A DNA stretch of 64,000 nucleotides. It comes from Vulcanimicrobiota bacterium. Its GTDB lineage: Bacteria > Vulcanimicrobiota > Vulcanimicrobiia > Vulcanimicrobiales > Vulcanimicrobiaceae. Numbering within the stretch: the stretch's first letter is position 1; every line of letters begins with the position of its first letter. The stretch lies in assembly GCA_019235885.1 (NCBI GenBank), contig JAFAKB010000005.1, positions 21,409 to 85,408 of the forward strand, given 5' to 3'. Positions 47,027-56,759 of this stretch are shown here, piece by piece. Under the pieces are notes generated by a model that worked only from the letters and a program-made list of their open reading frames with translations, had not been told where the DNA came from and searched no databases. Made by a program: the position numbers and the translations under genes.

Positions 47027-47234
47027 TCTTCAATTCGATCACAGTGGTCTTCGGCTCGCGTTCGACAACACGGTCGAGTACATCGCGATATGAGTTGTGC
47101 ACGTCGGTTTTCCTTGCGTAGCCGTAGTCAAGATGCTACAATAGTAGCGCGCGTCACGCGCGAAAACACCTTGGTGACTCGGCCGGCGTTGCAGCGCCGA
47201 CCGAGTCCGTCACCCGATGGAGTAGACCCACCGA

Positions 47235-47498
47235 ATGACACACCGCCTATTCGGCGCATCCGCGCCGATCACCCCGCCTGCGTCATCCGCGCAGAATCAG
47301 GCTCGCCGGCACATCGCCCGTGGTGCGTGGCTTGTGGCACGGCTCGCCCGCCGTGAGCCGGTACGATATGAACATTATGCCGAGCGCTTCGGCCGTCCAC
47401 GGCGCACGTTCTGCTGCGAAGTCGCCGCACTGCGCGATATCGGCATCGTGCGCGCGAGCGAGCTGCTCGATCGGCAGCGCCGGATCGGTGCCCGATGA
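47235..47498 (+). CDS. 87-aa stand-alone winged-HTH protein (DeoR/YafY N-terminal-like)
   Basis: YEHYAERFGRPRRTFCCEVAALRDIGI fits the ..LA..F.VS.RT..RD...L...G. pattern. Its stop overlaps the next ATG (ATGA at 47495-47498). Confidence 0.6.
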   Translation: MTHRLFGASAPITPPASSAQNQARRHIARGAWLVARLARREPVRYEHYAERFGRPRRTFCCEVAALRDIGIVRASELLDRQRRIGAR

Positions 47499-47815
47499 AA
47501 AATGTCGTACCTTTCAAGGCACCCGAGCCGTTCCAACGGCTCGGAATCGATTGGACTAGAGCGGCCGCGACCGAGAGCGAACGACTCCTGCGCGAGGCAT
47601 TCCTCACGCACGAAAGCTCGTGCGGACTGAGCGGACTCGTATCGCTCCTCCTGCTGTCCGTGGTCTCGCGGCGTCAAGGTGCTGTCGCGGAAGATCTTCA
47701 ATCTGCCGCAGACTTCGCTGAAATCATCCTGGCGATGGAACTGCGCAAACACCAAGTCGACACCTTGGCTGCGGCACAATCTTACGTCTCGGCTAATGGC
47801 TCGATGTGGTCGTGA
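47495..47815 (+). CDS. 106-aa hypothetical protein, paralog B of 24774-25097
   Basis: See paralog A. Coupled to the upstream HTH gene. Confidence 0.7.
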   Translation: MKNVVPFKAPEPFQRLGIDWTRAAATESERLLREAFLTHESSCGLSGLVSLLLLSVVSRRQGAVAEDLQSAADFAEIILAMELRKHQVDTLAAAQSYVSANGSMWS

Positions 47816-48030
47816 CCGTGGCGGCAGGCCGTCGATTCAGGAACTGACGAGGCGAACAAACAGGCGTCATCGCCTCTCTCGCTGGTGTCGCGAACCGCCG
47901 GCAAAAGTCGGGCGTTGTAGGGCTCCCGACCGTCACTCGGCGTGCGCGATCAGCCGCAGCCGCAGTGACCCGGAGCGCTTGGGTTAAAGCGAGCGGTACG
48001 ATTAGCGCTCGGCGCTCACAACGAATCGAA

Positions 48031-48060
48031 GAGAGGGGGCCGCGCCAGCGGTCCCCTCTC
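48031..48060 (-). terminator. Hairpin terminator candidate after the GHKL ATPase gene
   Basis: gagagggg..cccctctc, an 8-bp perfect stem 5 nt past the stop at 48066. The downstream tract on the minus strand (ttcgattcgt) is only moderately T-rich. Confidence 0.45.
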
Positions 48061-48065
48061 GACGT

Positions 48066-50147
48066 CTACGCGCTTTCGGCGAGCTGTTCGTCGCGCTCTT
48101 GGCGCATCATCAAGCGCCGCAAGCGTTGATCGGAGTTCACGCGCCGTTTGATCTGCTCCCGCATGCCAGGTCGAGCCAGAACAATAGCCGTGAGCGCCTC
48201 AGGCGAAACAAGTTTCTCAGCATCGTCCTCGGTCCAAAGTTTACCGTGCCCAACCATGAACGAAGCGCGGTACGTCATGACCGTGAACAGGATCTGAGCC
48301 GCGCAGACGAGTTCAACGATCTCGCGTACCTTCGGCTCGGCCTGTTCCTGGACTTCCTCCGACGAAAATGTGTTCGACAACGTTTCCGCAATGAGATGCT
48401 CCATAACGTCGAAGTCGCGGTTGACGTAGATGATGCCGCTCGGATACTGCGGCGTCGCGACACGAGCGTATTCGGCAGCGCGCCCACGGAATGCGAAGTT
48501 GTGTTCCTCTTCCGTCAGCAGCTTGATAGCCGGCCGTTTCTCGGGCTGGCGCTGCATCTTGCCGCGCATCGTTCCGTTCGTCACAACGCGCGTCGTGCGT
48601 CGCGTCTGCGGGGACGAACGACGCTTGATCTCACGGTTCGGGTCCGGCGTCTTTCGCGGCTTACGAGGGGCATCGGGGTCGGGCGAGTTACGTCCCGCCC
48701 CGCCACCCTCGGATCCGTTCATTCCTGACGTCGACTTTTTACGCTTCGTGCCGACCACCATCTGCGGCACCGAGAAATCGTCCTTCATCTCGGCGATGAT
48801 CTTGTCGAGTTCCGTGTCGAAGTCGGTACTGCCGAGCTTGCTGCGGATGTATTGGTCGAGTTCCGGCGCCTGGTCCGGATAAACCTGAGCGAATTCGTCG
48901 GCCCACGCGTGCCACGGGAGGTGGCGCTTGTTCATACGCAGCGACGTGCGGTTCATATTGGACCGCACGTCGAGGGTCGGATCCGGCTCGACGACGAGAC
49001 AGACGTTCTCCTGGCCGGCGAAGATGCCGAAGCGCTGCAGCATGTGCGCCGCGTCGACCTTCGTCGCGAGATCGAACTGCTCGCCCTGGTGGATGGCTGA
49101 AACGATGGCGTGATTTTTCGTCCCGGTGAGCCACGGGAAGTGGTAGCGACGGCGCTTGCGCTTTTCCGCGTTCGTCATCGGTCGGCCGGTCTCGCGGTTA
49201 ATGACCGTCGGTTCGACCGGGTCGTCACCCTCGCCGAGCACCCACCAATGAACGTCGGCACCGGTAATGCGCACGGTGCCAGACATCGCGCCGAATCGCA
49301 TCAGGAACTCTTTGGTTCCGCGGATGCGCCGAACGGTGAGCCCGCCCTTGCCGTCGGGCTCAATGCGCACCCGGAAACCGATCTCGTCGGGAATTTCGAA
49401 ATACTGACGATTGAAGATATGGTTCAGCCAGTACGAGGTGTTTTCGCGCGCACGACCGTCCGCGCCGATCTCATCCCGGAGATCTTCGGGCATGATCGTC
49501 GTGTCGTCGGCCTCCGAGAAGCCGTGAAGGACCACGACGGTTCCGTGATCGCCGATGAAGTCGGGCTTCATCAACGCGATCTCTTCCGTCGAGAAGTGGT
49601 CTTCGTCAATCGGGATGACGCTACGCACCGCGAGGACGTTTCCGGCTTCATCCGTCTCCTCGACGTCGATGGTCCCGTAGATCGGAATGCCGTCCCGCTC
49701 ATGCACTTTTCCGAGGGTCACGACGAAGCCCTCACCGTCGCGCCACGAACGGAATTCGACGCCGTGCGGATTGAAGCGCAACGTCGCGGCGCGCGCGCCG
49801 ATACCGTAGTTCGCGTCGAGCGATTGCGTCTTGCCGCTCTTAAAGATCTGGTGCAGATCGCGCATCTGCGCCTCCGTCATGCCGATGCCATCGTCGGCGA
49901 TGGCGAGCTTTTTCGCGCCGGTCTCCGCGAGCGTCAGCGGATCGGCGTACACTTCGATCCGACCCTTGTACCCCTCGTCGCGACGGGGAGAGCGAAGATA
50001 CTCCAAGATCGCTTCAATGCTGTTCTTGGAGATTTCACGGTGCTGCTTGCCCGGACCGATGTCCTCACCAAACAGCTCAGCGAAGAACGAGGGCCCGCTG
50101 CCCTCAATCTTGAGTTCTGGCACTTTAGTTGTCCCTTCATGGCCCAC
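48066..50147 (-). CDS. 693-aa stand-alone GHKL (Bergerat-fold, MORC/paraMORC-like) ATPase with basic disordered linker and helical C-terminal domain
   Basis: N-box EISKNSIEAI (Asn42 at nt 50022-50024), G1 box IADDGIGM, G2 box YGIGARAA. Contains KRKKSTSG..RKPRKTPDPNREIKRRSSPQTRRTTR. Lower G+C than the backbone. Confidence 0.75.
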   Translation of the reverse strand: MGHEGTTKVPELKIEGSGPSFFAELFGEDIGPGKQHREISKNSIEAILEYLRSPRRDEGYKGRIEVYADPLTLAETGAKKLAIADDGIGMTEAQMRDLHQIFKSGKTQSLDANYGIGARAATLRFNPHGVEFRSWRDGEGFVVTLGKVHERDGIPIYGTIDVEETDEAGNVLAVRSVIPIDEDHFSTEEIALMKPDFIGDHGTVVVLHGFSEADDTTIMPEDLRDEIGADGRARENTSYWLNHIFNRQYFEIPDEIGFRVRIEPDGKGGLTVRRIRGTKEFLMRFGAMSGTVRITGADVHWWVLGEGDDPVEPTVINRETGRPMTNAEKRKRRRYHFPWLTGTKNHAIVSAIHQGEQFDLATKVDAAHMLQRFGIFAGQENVCLVVEPDPTLDVRSNMNRTSLRMNKRHLPWHAWADEFAQVYPDQAPELDQYIRSKLGSTDFDTELDKIIAEMKDDFSVPQMVVGTKRKKSTSGMNGSEGGGAGRNSPDPDAPRKPRKTPDPNREIKRRSSPQTRRTTRVVTNGTMRGKMQRQPEKRPAIKLLTEEEHNFAFRGRAAEYARVATPQYPSGIIYVNRDFDVMEHLIAETLSNTFSSEEVQEQAEPKVREIVELVCAAQILFTVMTYRASFMVGHGKLWTEDDAEKLVSPEALTAIVLARPGMREQIKRRVNSDQRLRRLMMRQERDEQLAESA

Positions 50148-50407
50148 ATGAGCGGGCGAGAGTCGCCGTCGCCGAGACTCAGCAGAAAGGGTCGCCCCGA
50201 CTGCGTTACCTCTGGATCGGCAGACCCCAGGTTAGAGACGAGAGGGGGAAGGTCCTTCCGAGGGGGCCGGTTTCCGACTCCGGTCCAATCTCGCTCTTGG
50301 GCGTTCCGGAGAGGTAGCCGTGCACGACCCGCCAGCGGTTGGCTTCGCGGCCCCGCCCAGTGATCTCGCTAATCGTGCTGAAGCGTGTGTCGCGCAAATC
50401 TATGAAC

Positions 50408-51130
50408 TCACTCCTCGGACGCGAACCCGTCGCCGTGTTCCACGGTCGCGTGGGCGTCGAGCCAGCGGACGAAAGGGGCGGTGTCGCGGATGAAGTCACG
50501 GAAGACGGCGAACGCGCCGCGGTGGGTCAGCTCGCGGTCCGAGACGTCGCGGCGGACGAGGTAATTGCGCGCGCGGATCAGCGGGAGCCGCCGGTGGTGT
50601 TTCGGAAACCCGCGCGGCGTCACGCGCAGCGGCTCGGTGTCGAGCGGCAAGTACGGACGCATCACTTTCGCCGCCAGGATGCGGTCGAAGGCGCGCGCGT
50701 CGGCGCCGTCGGCCGCGAACGTGCTGCGCAGCGCGTGCAGCGCCGGCTTCACCGGGACATAGATGCCGGACGAAACGTGCGTGTCGCCGGGCGCGAGGTG
50801 GACGTAGTAGCCGGCGAACGCACCGTCCTTTCCGCCCGGCGACATCCAGGCGGAGAGCCACGGTTTGTACGGATCGCGCTGCTTGTGGAAGCGCGTGTCG
50901 TTCGCGATCCGAAACGTGCACGCGCGCGGATCGACGTGCCTCAACCGCTCGTCGGCCTGGCTTCCCGCCAGCAGCAGCATTGTCACGAGGTCTTCCCATG
51001 CGTGCCGAACGTGTTCGTCCCACGCCTCGCGGTTCGAGTGGAACCACGCGCGGTCGTTGTTCTTCTTCAGCCCGCGCAGAAATCGGAACGTCACGTTCAA
51101 ATCGAGCGGGTCGGAGCGCTTCGCCGCCAC
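50408..51130 (-). CDS. DUF2461 (TIGR02453) family protein
   Basis: FLRGLKKNNDRAWF, FRIANDTRF and PYKPWLSAW motifs. Confidence 0.8.
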   Translation of the reverse strand: MAAKRSDPLDLNVTFRFLRGLKKNNDRAWFHSNREAWDEHVRHAWEDLVTMLLLAGSQADERLRHVDPRACTFRIANDTRFHKQRDPYKPWLSAWMSPGGKDGAFAGYYVHLAPGDTHVSSGIYVPVKPALHALRSTFAADGADARAFDRILAAKVMRPYLPLDTEPLRVTPRGFPKHHRRLPLIRARNYLVRRDVSDRELTHRGAFAVFRDFIRDTAPFVRWLDAHATVEHGDGFASEE

Positions 51131-51147
51131 GTAACCTCAAGCAGCCG

Positions 51148-52677
51148 TCAGCACGACTTCGAGTGCCCCGCCACGCGAAGGCTCCGTGCGATCCGAGCTG
51201 CGGCGGCGTCGTCCTTCGCATACGTCATGTCGACGTAATGGACCCTGCCGGTTTCACCCGGTGAGAGCTCGATGGTGGCGTAACTATTTTCACTCCAGGG
51301 GGCCTGCGCATCGTCGATTTGGCCCCGCACGCCGTTCAGGCAGTAGGTCCTTCCCCACGGTAAAGGCGGCGGATTATCACCATATGTCGCCCCAGATAGC
51401 ACGATGTTAAGTTCCGCGGCTCCGGTCGGCGGTCGCAAACGGTACGCGAATTCGTGGATGCCGAACGGGTACATGTCGGTGGACCAGCCTGGAGGCAGTT
51501 CGATTGAGACGCCAGCCTGGAGTGAGGCCCGTCCACCGGACAGTCGCGGAAGCCGTACGTCAACCTTCGTGTCGAGCAGCTCGAGGAGACGCGACTGCCA
51601 GATCGCCGGCAACGTGTGAGTCCCATGGCCGCGCGTTTCCGGCGTGATCGGCAAGAGCACGAACCGCCCGTGGCGGACGTGCTTGATCTCGCGCTCCACC
51701 ACGCCGAGCTCGGGTGGGTTGATCTGGTCGTCGGCGCTGTTGATCGCCAGCAGGGGCGCCGTGATCTTGCCGAGGTCGGGTTGCGGGTTGTAGTCGCGCG
51801 AGGACTCGAACTGGTAAATCATGTCGTTGGCGTCGTAGCGCGTGACCAGCTTCTTGACGGTGTTCTCGTAGTACGCGTCGGCTGCGTCGCGTGTCGGGAG
51901 CAGCGTTTGGTCGTAGAGCGGCGCCGAGCCCAAGAACCACAGCATGTCGACCGCCGCCTTGAGCCCGTGCGGCTCGGTCTGGTACTCGCCGCCGGCGTAG
52001 CCGGGATCGTTGCGGAGGTCGTCGACGATCATGTCGCGCCAGACGCGGTTGCGGCCGCTGATCTGGATCGGCAAGCTCGCCAGCGGCATCAGCGCGTCCA
52101 TCATCGTGGGGTAACTCTCGCCCCACAGCCAGGTCTGCATCCCGCCCATCGAGGTTCCCATGACCAGCCGCAGGTGATCGACGTGCAGCACTTCGGTCAG
52201 GACATCGTGCTGCGCGCGCACCATGTCGCGATAGCCGTAGTGCGGGAAGCGCGCGTGCAGTCCGTCGCTCGGCTTCGAAGACTTGCCGTGACCGATCCCG
52301 TCGGTGATGACGATGAAGTACTTCGACGCATCGAGGATGCCGCCCGGCACGAACAGCACGCCGGCGAAGCGGTCGCTCAGGAACTGGTTCACATCGCCGC
52401 CCGTGCCGTGCAGAATCAGCACCGCGTTGTCGACGTGACCGGCCGCGTTGCGGTGCGGCGTGCCGAGTGTGACGTAGTGCAACCGCAAGTTCTTCAGCGT
52501 CTCGCCGTCAGCGAACCGAAACTCCGGAACGACGTACGCCCCGTCCGCGGGCTGCGGCCACGCGGCTGCGCCGGCCGGTGCCGCCAGGCCGCAGACGAAG
52601 GCGAGCGCGAGAACGATTCGGGCGAGCACGGACCGCACTTTATGCGCCGAACCCCGCCCGTCCCGCACGGACGACAT
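51148..52677 (-). CDS. Secreted alpha/beta-fold hydrolase (MetX/acyltransferase-like) with extra C-terminal domain
   Basis: Signal peptide (ARIVLALAFVCGLAAPAGA). LILHGTGG and nucleophile elbow GTSMGGMQTW. Confidence 0.75.
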   Translation of the reverse strand: MSSVRDGRGSAHKVRSVLARIVLALAFVCGLAAPAGAAAWPQPADGAYVVPEFRFADGETLKNLRLHYVTLGTPHRNAAGHVDNAVLILHGTGGDVNQFLSDRFAGVLFVPGGILDASKYFIVITDGIGHGKSSKPSDGLHARFPHYGYRDMVRAQHDVLTEVLHVDHLRLVMGTSMGGMQTWLWGESYPTMMDALMPLASLPIQISGRNRVWRDMIVDDLRNDPGYAGGEYQTEPHGLKAAVDMLWFLGSAPLYDQTLLPTRDAADAYYENTVKKLVTRYDANDMIYQFESSRDYNPQPDLGKITAPLLAINSADDQINPPELGVVEREIKHVRHGRFVLLPITPETRGHGTHTLPAIWQSRLLELLDTKVDVRLPRLSGGRASLQAGVSIELPPGWSTDMYPFGIHEFAYRLRPPTGAAELNIVLSGATYGDNPPPLPWGRTYCLNGVRGQIDDAQAPWSENSYATIELSPGETGRVHYVDMTYAKDDAAAARIARSLRVAGHSKSC

Positions 52678-52762
52678 GGTCGGTCCGCGAGTCATTTGCG
52701 AAAGAATTCGCCGGCTGGGCCGGAACAGCCGTCGGACGGCATTTTCGCACGAGAGGGCTCAC

Positions 52763-54472
52763 ATGGCGTTGCGCAGCGCAGAGTGGTTCGGGAAACGTGA
52801 CCGCGACGGCTTCATTCACCGGAGCTGGATGCGCGCCGAAGGGTTCGCGCCGGACGTGTTCGACGGGCGGCCGGTGATCGGCATCTGCAACTCGTGGTCG
52901 GAGCTGACGTCGTGCAACGTCCACTTGCGGCGCGTCGCCGAGTCGGTGAAGCGCGGCGTGTGGGAAGCGGGAGGCTGGCCGCTCGAGTTTCCGACGATCT
53001 CGCTCGGAGAGACGTACATGCGGCCGACGACGATGCTCTTCCGCAACCTGATGAGCATGGACGTCGAGGAGTCGATTCGCGCCAACCCCGTCGACGGCGT
53101 CGTGCTGCTCAGCGGCTGCGACAAGACGACGCCCGCGCAGTTGATGGGCGCGGCGAGCGTCGATCTGCCGGCGATCATGGTCACCGGCGGCCCGATGCTG
53201 AACGGCAAGTACCGCGGCGGCGAGATCGGTTCGGGGACGATGGTGTGGCAGTTTTCCGAAGAGGTGCGCGGCGGCAAGAAGACGTGGGAAGATTTCTTCG
53301 ACGCCGAAGCCGGCCAGTCGCGCAGCAACGGACACTGCATGACGATGGGAACCGCCTCCACGATGGCGAGCATGGCGGAGGCGCTCGGCATCGCACCGAG
53401 CGGAAATGCGGCGATTCCCGCCGTGGACTCCCGGCGCTATGCGCTCGCGCAGCTCGCCGGACGGCGCATCGTCGAGATGGTGCGCGAGGACCTACGCATG
53501 TCGAAGATCCTCACCCGCGCGGCGTTCGAGAACGCGATCCGCGTGAACGCCGCGATCGGCGGCTCGACGAACGCGGTCGTCCATCTGCTCGCGATCGCCG
53601 GCCGAATCGGCGTCCCGCTCCAGCTCGACGACTTCGACACGCTCGCGCACGACCTGCCGCTGCTGGTCGATCTGCAGCCCTCGGGCCGCTTTTTGATGGA
53701 AGACTTCTACTATGCCGGCGGCGTCCCGGCGGTCGTGCGCGAGCTCGGCACCCTCATTCATCGCGACGCGCTCACGGTGAGCGGCAAGACGATCGGCGAG
53801 ATGACGGCCGACGCGCCGTGCTGGAACCGCGAGGTGATTCGCCCGCTGAACGAGCCGCTCAAGGAGCGCGCGGGGATCGCCGTATTGCGCGGGAACCTCG
53901 CGCCGGACGGCGCGGTCATCAAGCCGTCGGCCGCGACGCCGGCGCTGCTCACCCACCGTGGCCGCGCCGTCGTGTTCGAGAGCATCGAAGATTTCAAAGC
54001 GCGCATCGACGATCCGCAGCTCGACGTCGACGAGACGTGCGTGCTGGTGCTGAAAGGCGCCGGTCCGCGCGGGTATCCCGGGATGCCGGAGACCGGCAAC
54101 TTGCCGCTCCCGCCGAAGCTGCTCGCGAAGGGCGTCACCGACATGGTGCGCATCTCCGACGCGCGGATGAGCGGGACGGCGTACGGGACGGTCGTTTTGC
54201 ATACCTCGCCCGAGTCGGCCGCGGGCGGTCCGCTGGCGCTCGTGCAGAACGGCGATCGGATCGAGCTCGACGTCCCCAACCGCCGCGTGGAGCTGCTCGT
54301 AGACAATGCGGAGATCGCGCGCCGCCGCGCGGCCTGGAAGCCGGCGCCGCCCGCGTTCGCGCGCGGCTACGCGAAGCTCTACACCGAGCACGTCCTGGGC
54401 GCCGACCGCGGCGCGGACTTCGACTTCCTCGTCGGCGGAAGCGGCTCGGCGGTCGCGCGCGAGATGCACTGA
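52763..54472 (+). CDS. IlvD/Edd family dehydratase (sugar-acid dehydratase type)
   Basis: Starts at MALRSAEWFGK. ICNSWSEL, SGCDKTTP and MTMGTASTM Fe-S/Mg motifs. Confidence 0.9.
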   Translation: MALRSAEWFGKRDRDGFIHRSWMRAEGFAPDVFDGRPVIGICNSWSELTSCNVHLRRVAESVKRGVWEAGGWPLEFPTISLGETYMRPTTMLFRNLMSMDVEESIRANPVDGVVLLSGCDKTTPAQLMGAASVDLPAIMVTGGPMLNGKYRGGEIGSGTMVWQFSEEVRGGKKTWEDFFDAEAGQSRSNGHCMTMGTASTMASMAEALGIAPSGNAAIPAVDSRRYALAQLAGRRIVEMVREDLRMSKILTRAAFENAIRVNAAIGGSTNAVVHLLAIAGRIGVPLQLDDFDTLAHDLPLLVDLQPSGRFLMEDFYYAGGVPAVVRELGTLIHRDALTVSGKTIGEMTADAPCWNREVIRPLNEPLKERAGIAVLRGNLAPDGAVIKPSAATPALLTHRGRAVVFESIEDFKARIDDPQLDVDETCVLVLKGAGPRGYPGMPETGNLPLPPKLLAKGVTDMVRISDARMSGTAYGTVVLHTSPESAAGGPLALVQNGDRIELDVPNRRVELLVDNAEIARRRAAWKPAPPAFARGYAKLYTEHVLGADRGADFDFLVGGSGSAVAREMH

Positions 54473-54557
54473 CGTTTCGGCGAACGGTTTGCAGGGATAC
54501 GGGATTTGGCGCAGGATATTTTTGCGCAACGCCCCTGCGCATTGAGAGAGGACGTCC

Positions 54558-55871
54558 ATGAGCCATCCTGACCGACGCCGATTCCTGGAGTTGTCCGCCG
54601 CCGGGATCGGCGGGGCTGCGCTTGCGGGGGGCTGGCCCGCGACGGCGTACGCCGCGGAAACTTCGCCGTTCAAGCCCGAGAAGGGTGCCACGCTGCAGCT
54701 CTTGCGCTGGAAAGGCTTCGTCGCGAAAGACGACGAGATCTGGGCGGCCAACACCGCCAAGTTCGAGAAGGCGACCGGCATCAAGGTCACCATCGACTCG
54801 CTGAGCTGGCCCGACGTCACGCCGAAGGCCGCGCTCGCCGCGCAAGTCGGCTCCGGCCCCGACATCATCATGGGCTGGAACGACGATCCGTTCGTGTATC
54901 CCGACAAATTGGTCGACATGAGCGACCTTGCGGACTACCTCGGCAAGGCGCACGGCGGCTATTTCGACACGGCGCGCACGTACTGCTACGACCCCGAGGT
55001 CAAACGCTGGGTCTCGCAGCCGATCGGCGTCACCGGCAACGCGCTCGTGTACCGCAAGAGCTACGCCAAAGAAGCGGGCTTCCCTGAGTTTCCGAAGGAC
55101 TTCGACGGGATGCTCAAGCTCGCGCGCGGCCTGAAGAAAGGCGGTCACCCGTGCGGGTTCTCGCTCGGCCACGCCGTCGGCGACGCGAACGGCTGGACGC
55201 ACTGGCTCCTGTGGGGCTTCGGCGCGAAGCAGGCCAATCCGGACAACTCGGTCGCGATCAACTCGCCGGAGACGCAGCACGCGCTCGAGTACGCGAAGCA
55301 GCTCTACGAAACGATGATGCCGGGCGTGGCGGGCTGGCTCGACCCGAACAACAATCAGGCGTTTCTCGCCGGCCAATGCGGTCTCACGATGAACGGCATC
55401 AGCATCTGGGTCTCGGCGAAGGACGATCCCAAGCTCTATCCTGACACCGCCAACGTTCTGCCGCCGATCGGCCCGAGCAAACAGCACACGATCTTCAACA
55501 ACTTCACCTCCGCGTTCATCTTCAAGTATAGCAAATACCCAAACGCGGCGAAGGAGTACCTGCGCTTCATGCTCGACACGGCGCAGGCCGATCCGTGGGT
55601 CACCGGGATGGCGGGCTACGTGACGCCCGCGCTCAAGGCTTACGCCGAGCTGCCGGTATGGACGTCGAACCCGAACATCACGCCGTACCGCGACACGATG
55701 GCCGGCGCGAAGTTCGACGGCTTCAACGGGAAGCCGGGCAAAGCGGCGGCACAGGCGCTCGACGAGTTCGTGATCGTCGACATGTTCGCGGACCACTGCG
55801 TGAACAACATGGCGGCGAAGGACGCGATCGCCAAGGCCGAAAAGCGGCTGGCGACCATCTACAAGCGTTGA
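54558..55871 (+). CDS. ABC transporter sugar-binding protein (family 1), Tat signal
   Basis: DRRRFLELSAAGIGGAALAG twin-arginine leader. Typical SBP length and composition. Confidence 0.85.
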   Translation: MSHPDRRRFLELSAAGIGGAALAGGWPATAYAAETSPFKPEKGATLQLLRWKGFVAKDDEIWAANTAKFEKATGIKVTIDSLSWPDVTPKAALAAQVGSGPDIIMGWNDDPFVYPDKLVDMSDLADYLGKAHGGYFDTARTYCYDPEVKRWVSQPIGVTGNALVYRKSYAKEAGFPEFPKDFDGMLKLARGLKKGGHPCGFSLGHAVGDANGWTHWLLWGFGAKQANPDNSVAINSPETQHALEYAKQLYETMMPGVAGWLDPNNNQAFLAGQCGLTMNGISIWVSAKDDPKLYPDTANVLPPIGPSKQHTIFNNFTSAFIFKYSKYPNAAKEYLRFMLDTAQADPWVTGMAGYVTPALKAYAELPVWTSNPNITPYRDTMAGAKFDGFNGKPGKAAAQALDEFVIVDMFADHCVNNMAAKDAIAKAEKRLATIYKR

Positions 55872-56758
55872 CCGAACGCGCGCCGTTCCTCGCGCGGCTC
55901 GACTCGCCGCGGGTGCTGGGCTATCTGCTCGTCGCACCCGCGGCGTTGCTGTTGCTGGGTTTGCTCGCCTATCCGCTGGTGCTCGGCGTCTGGCTGAGCC
56001 TGACGAGCGCGACGCTCGGCGATCCGGGCGTGTTCGTCGGACTGAAGAACTACGCGACGATCCTGCAGGACCCGATCTTCCGCGGCGCGGCGGGGTTCGC
56101 GGTGCTCTACACCGTCTGCGCGGAGATCGGCAAGCTCACGCTGGGGCTGGCGCTGGCGCTGCTGGTCAACCAGCGCTTTCGCGGCTACCGCGCGGCGCGC
56201 TCGTTGATGCTCTTGCCGTGGGTCGCGCCGACGGTGCTCTCGGCGCTGGCGTGGCTGTGGCTGCTCGACCCGCAGTTCAGCGCGCTGAGCTGGCTGCTGA
56301 TCAAGCTGCACCTCATTCGCAGCAACATCGATTTTCTCGGCAACGCCTGGGGCGCGCGGTTCTCGCTGATCGCGGTGAACATCTGGCGCGGCTTGCCGTA
56401 CTTCGCGATCGGCTATCTGGCCGGCTTGCAGGGCATTCCCAAGGACCTCTACGAGGCGGCGGCGATCGACGGTGCGTCGGGCTGGCAGTCGTTCCGGCGC
56501 ATCACCTGGCCGCTGCTCGCGCCCATCACCACCATCCTGGTCGCGTTCTCGTCGATCTTCACGCTCACCGATTTCCAGCTCATCTGGACGATGACGCGCG
56601 GCGGTCCGACCGATTCCACGCAGGTGTTCACCACGCTGGCCTACCAGCGCGCGATCACCGGCGGGCAACTCGGCGAGGGCGCCGCGATCGCCGTCGCGCC
56701 GATCGTGTTCATGATCGTGCTGGCGTTTTTCGTCGTGCGCGCGGTTCGGGAGCGCTGA
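55868..56758 (+). CDS. Sugar ABC transporter permease 1
   Basis: TTG overlaps the SBP stop (TTGA). EAA-loop region AAIDGASGWQSFRRITWP. Confidence 0.85.
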   Translation: MTERAPFLARLDSPRVLGYLLVAPAALLLLGLLAYPLVLGVWLSLTSATLGDPGVFVGLKNYATILQDPIFRGAAGFAVLYTVCAEIGKLTLGLALALLVNQRFRGYRAARSLMLLPWVAPTVLSALAWLWLLDPQFSALSWLLIKLHLIRSNIDFLGNAWGARFSLIAVNIWRGLPYFAIGYLAGLQGIPKDLYEAAAIDGASGWQSFRRITWPLLAPITTILVAFSSIFTLTDFQLIWTMTRGGPTDSTQVFTTLAYQRAITGGQLGEGAAIAVAPIVFMIVLAFFVVRAVRER

Positions 56759-56759
56759 G

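Noticed and set aside
24590-47815. Idea that the two paralogous HTH + 106-aa modules are the ends of one 23-kb mobile element
   Set aside because: The interior consists of core respiratory, Fe-S and peptidase genes with native G+C. There is no integrase, conjugation or phage gene. The modules are better read as two independent small islets.
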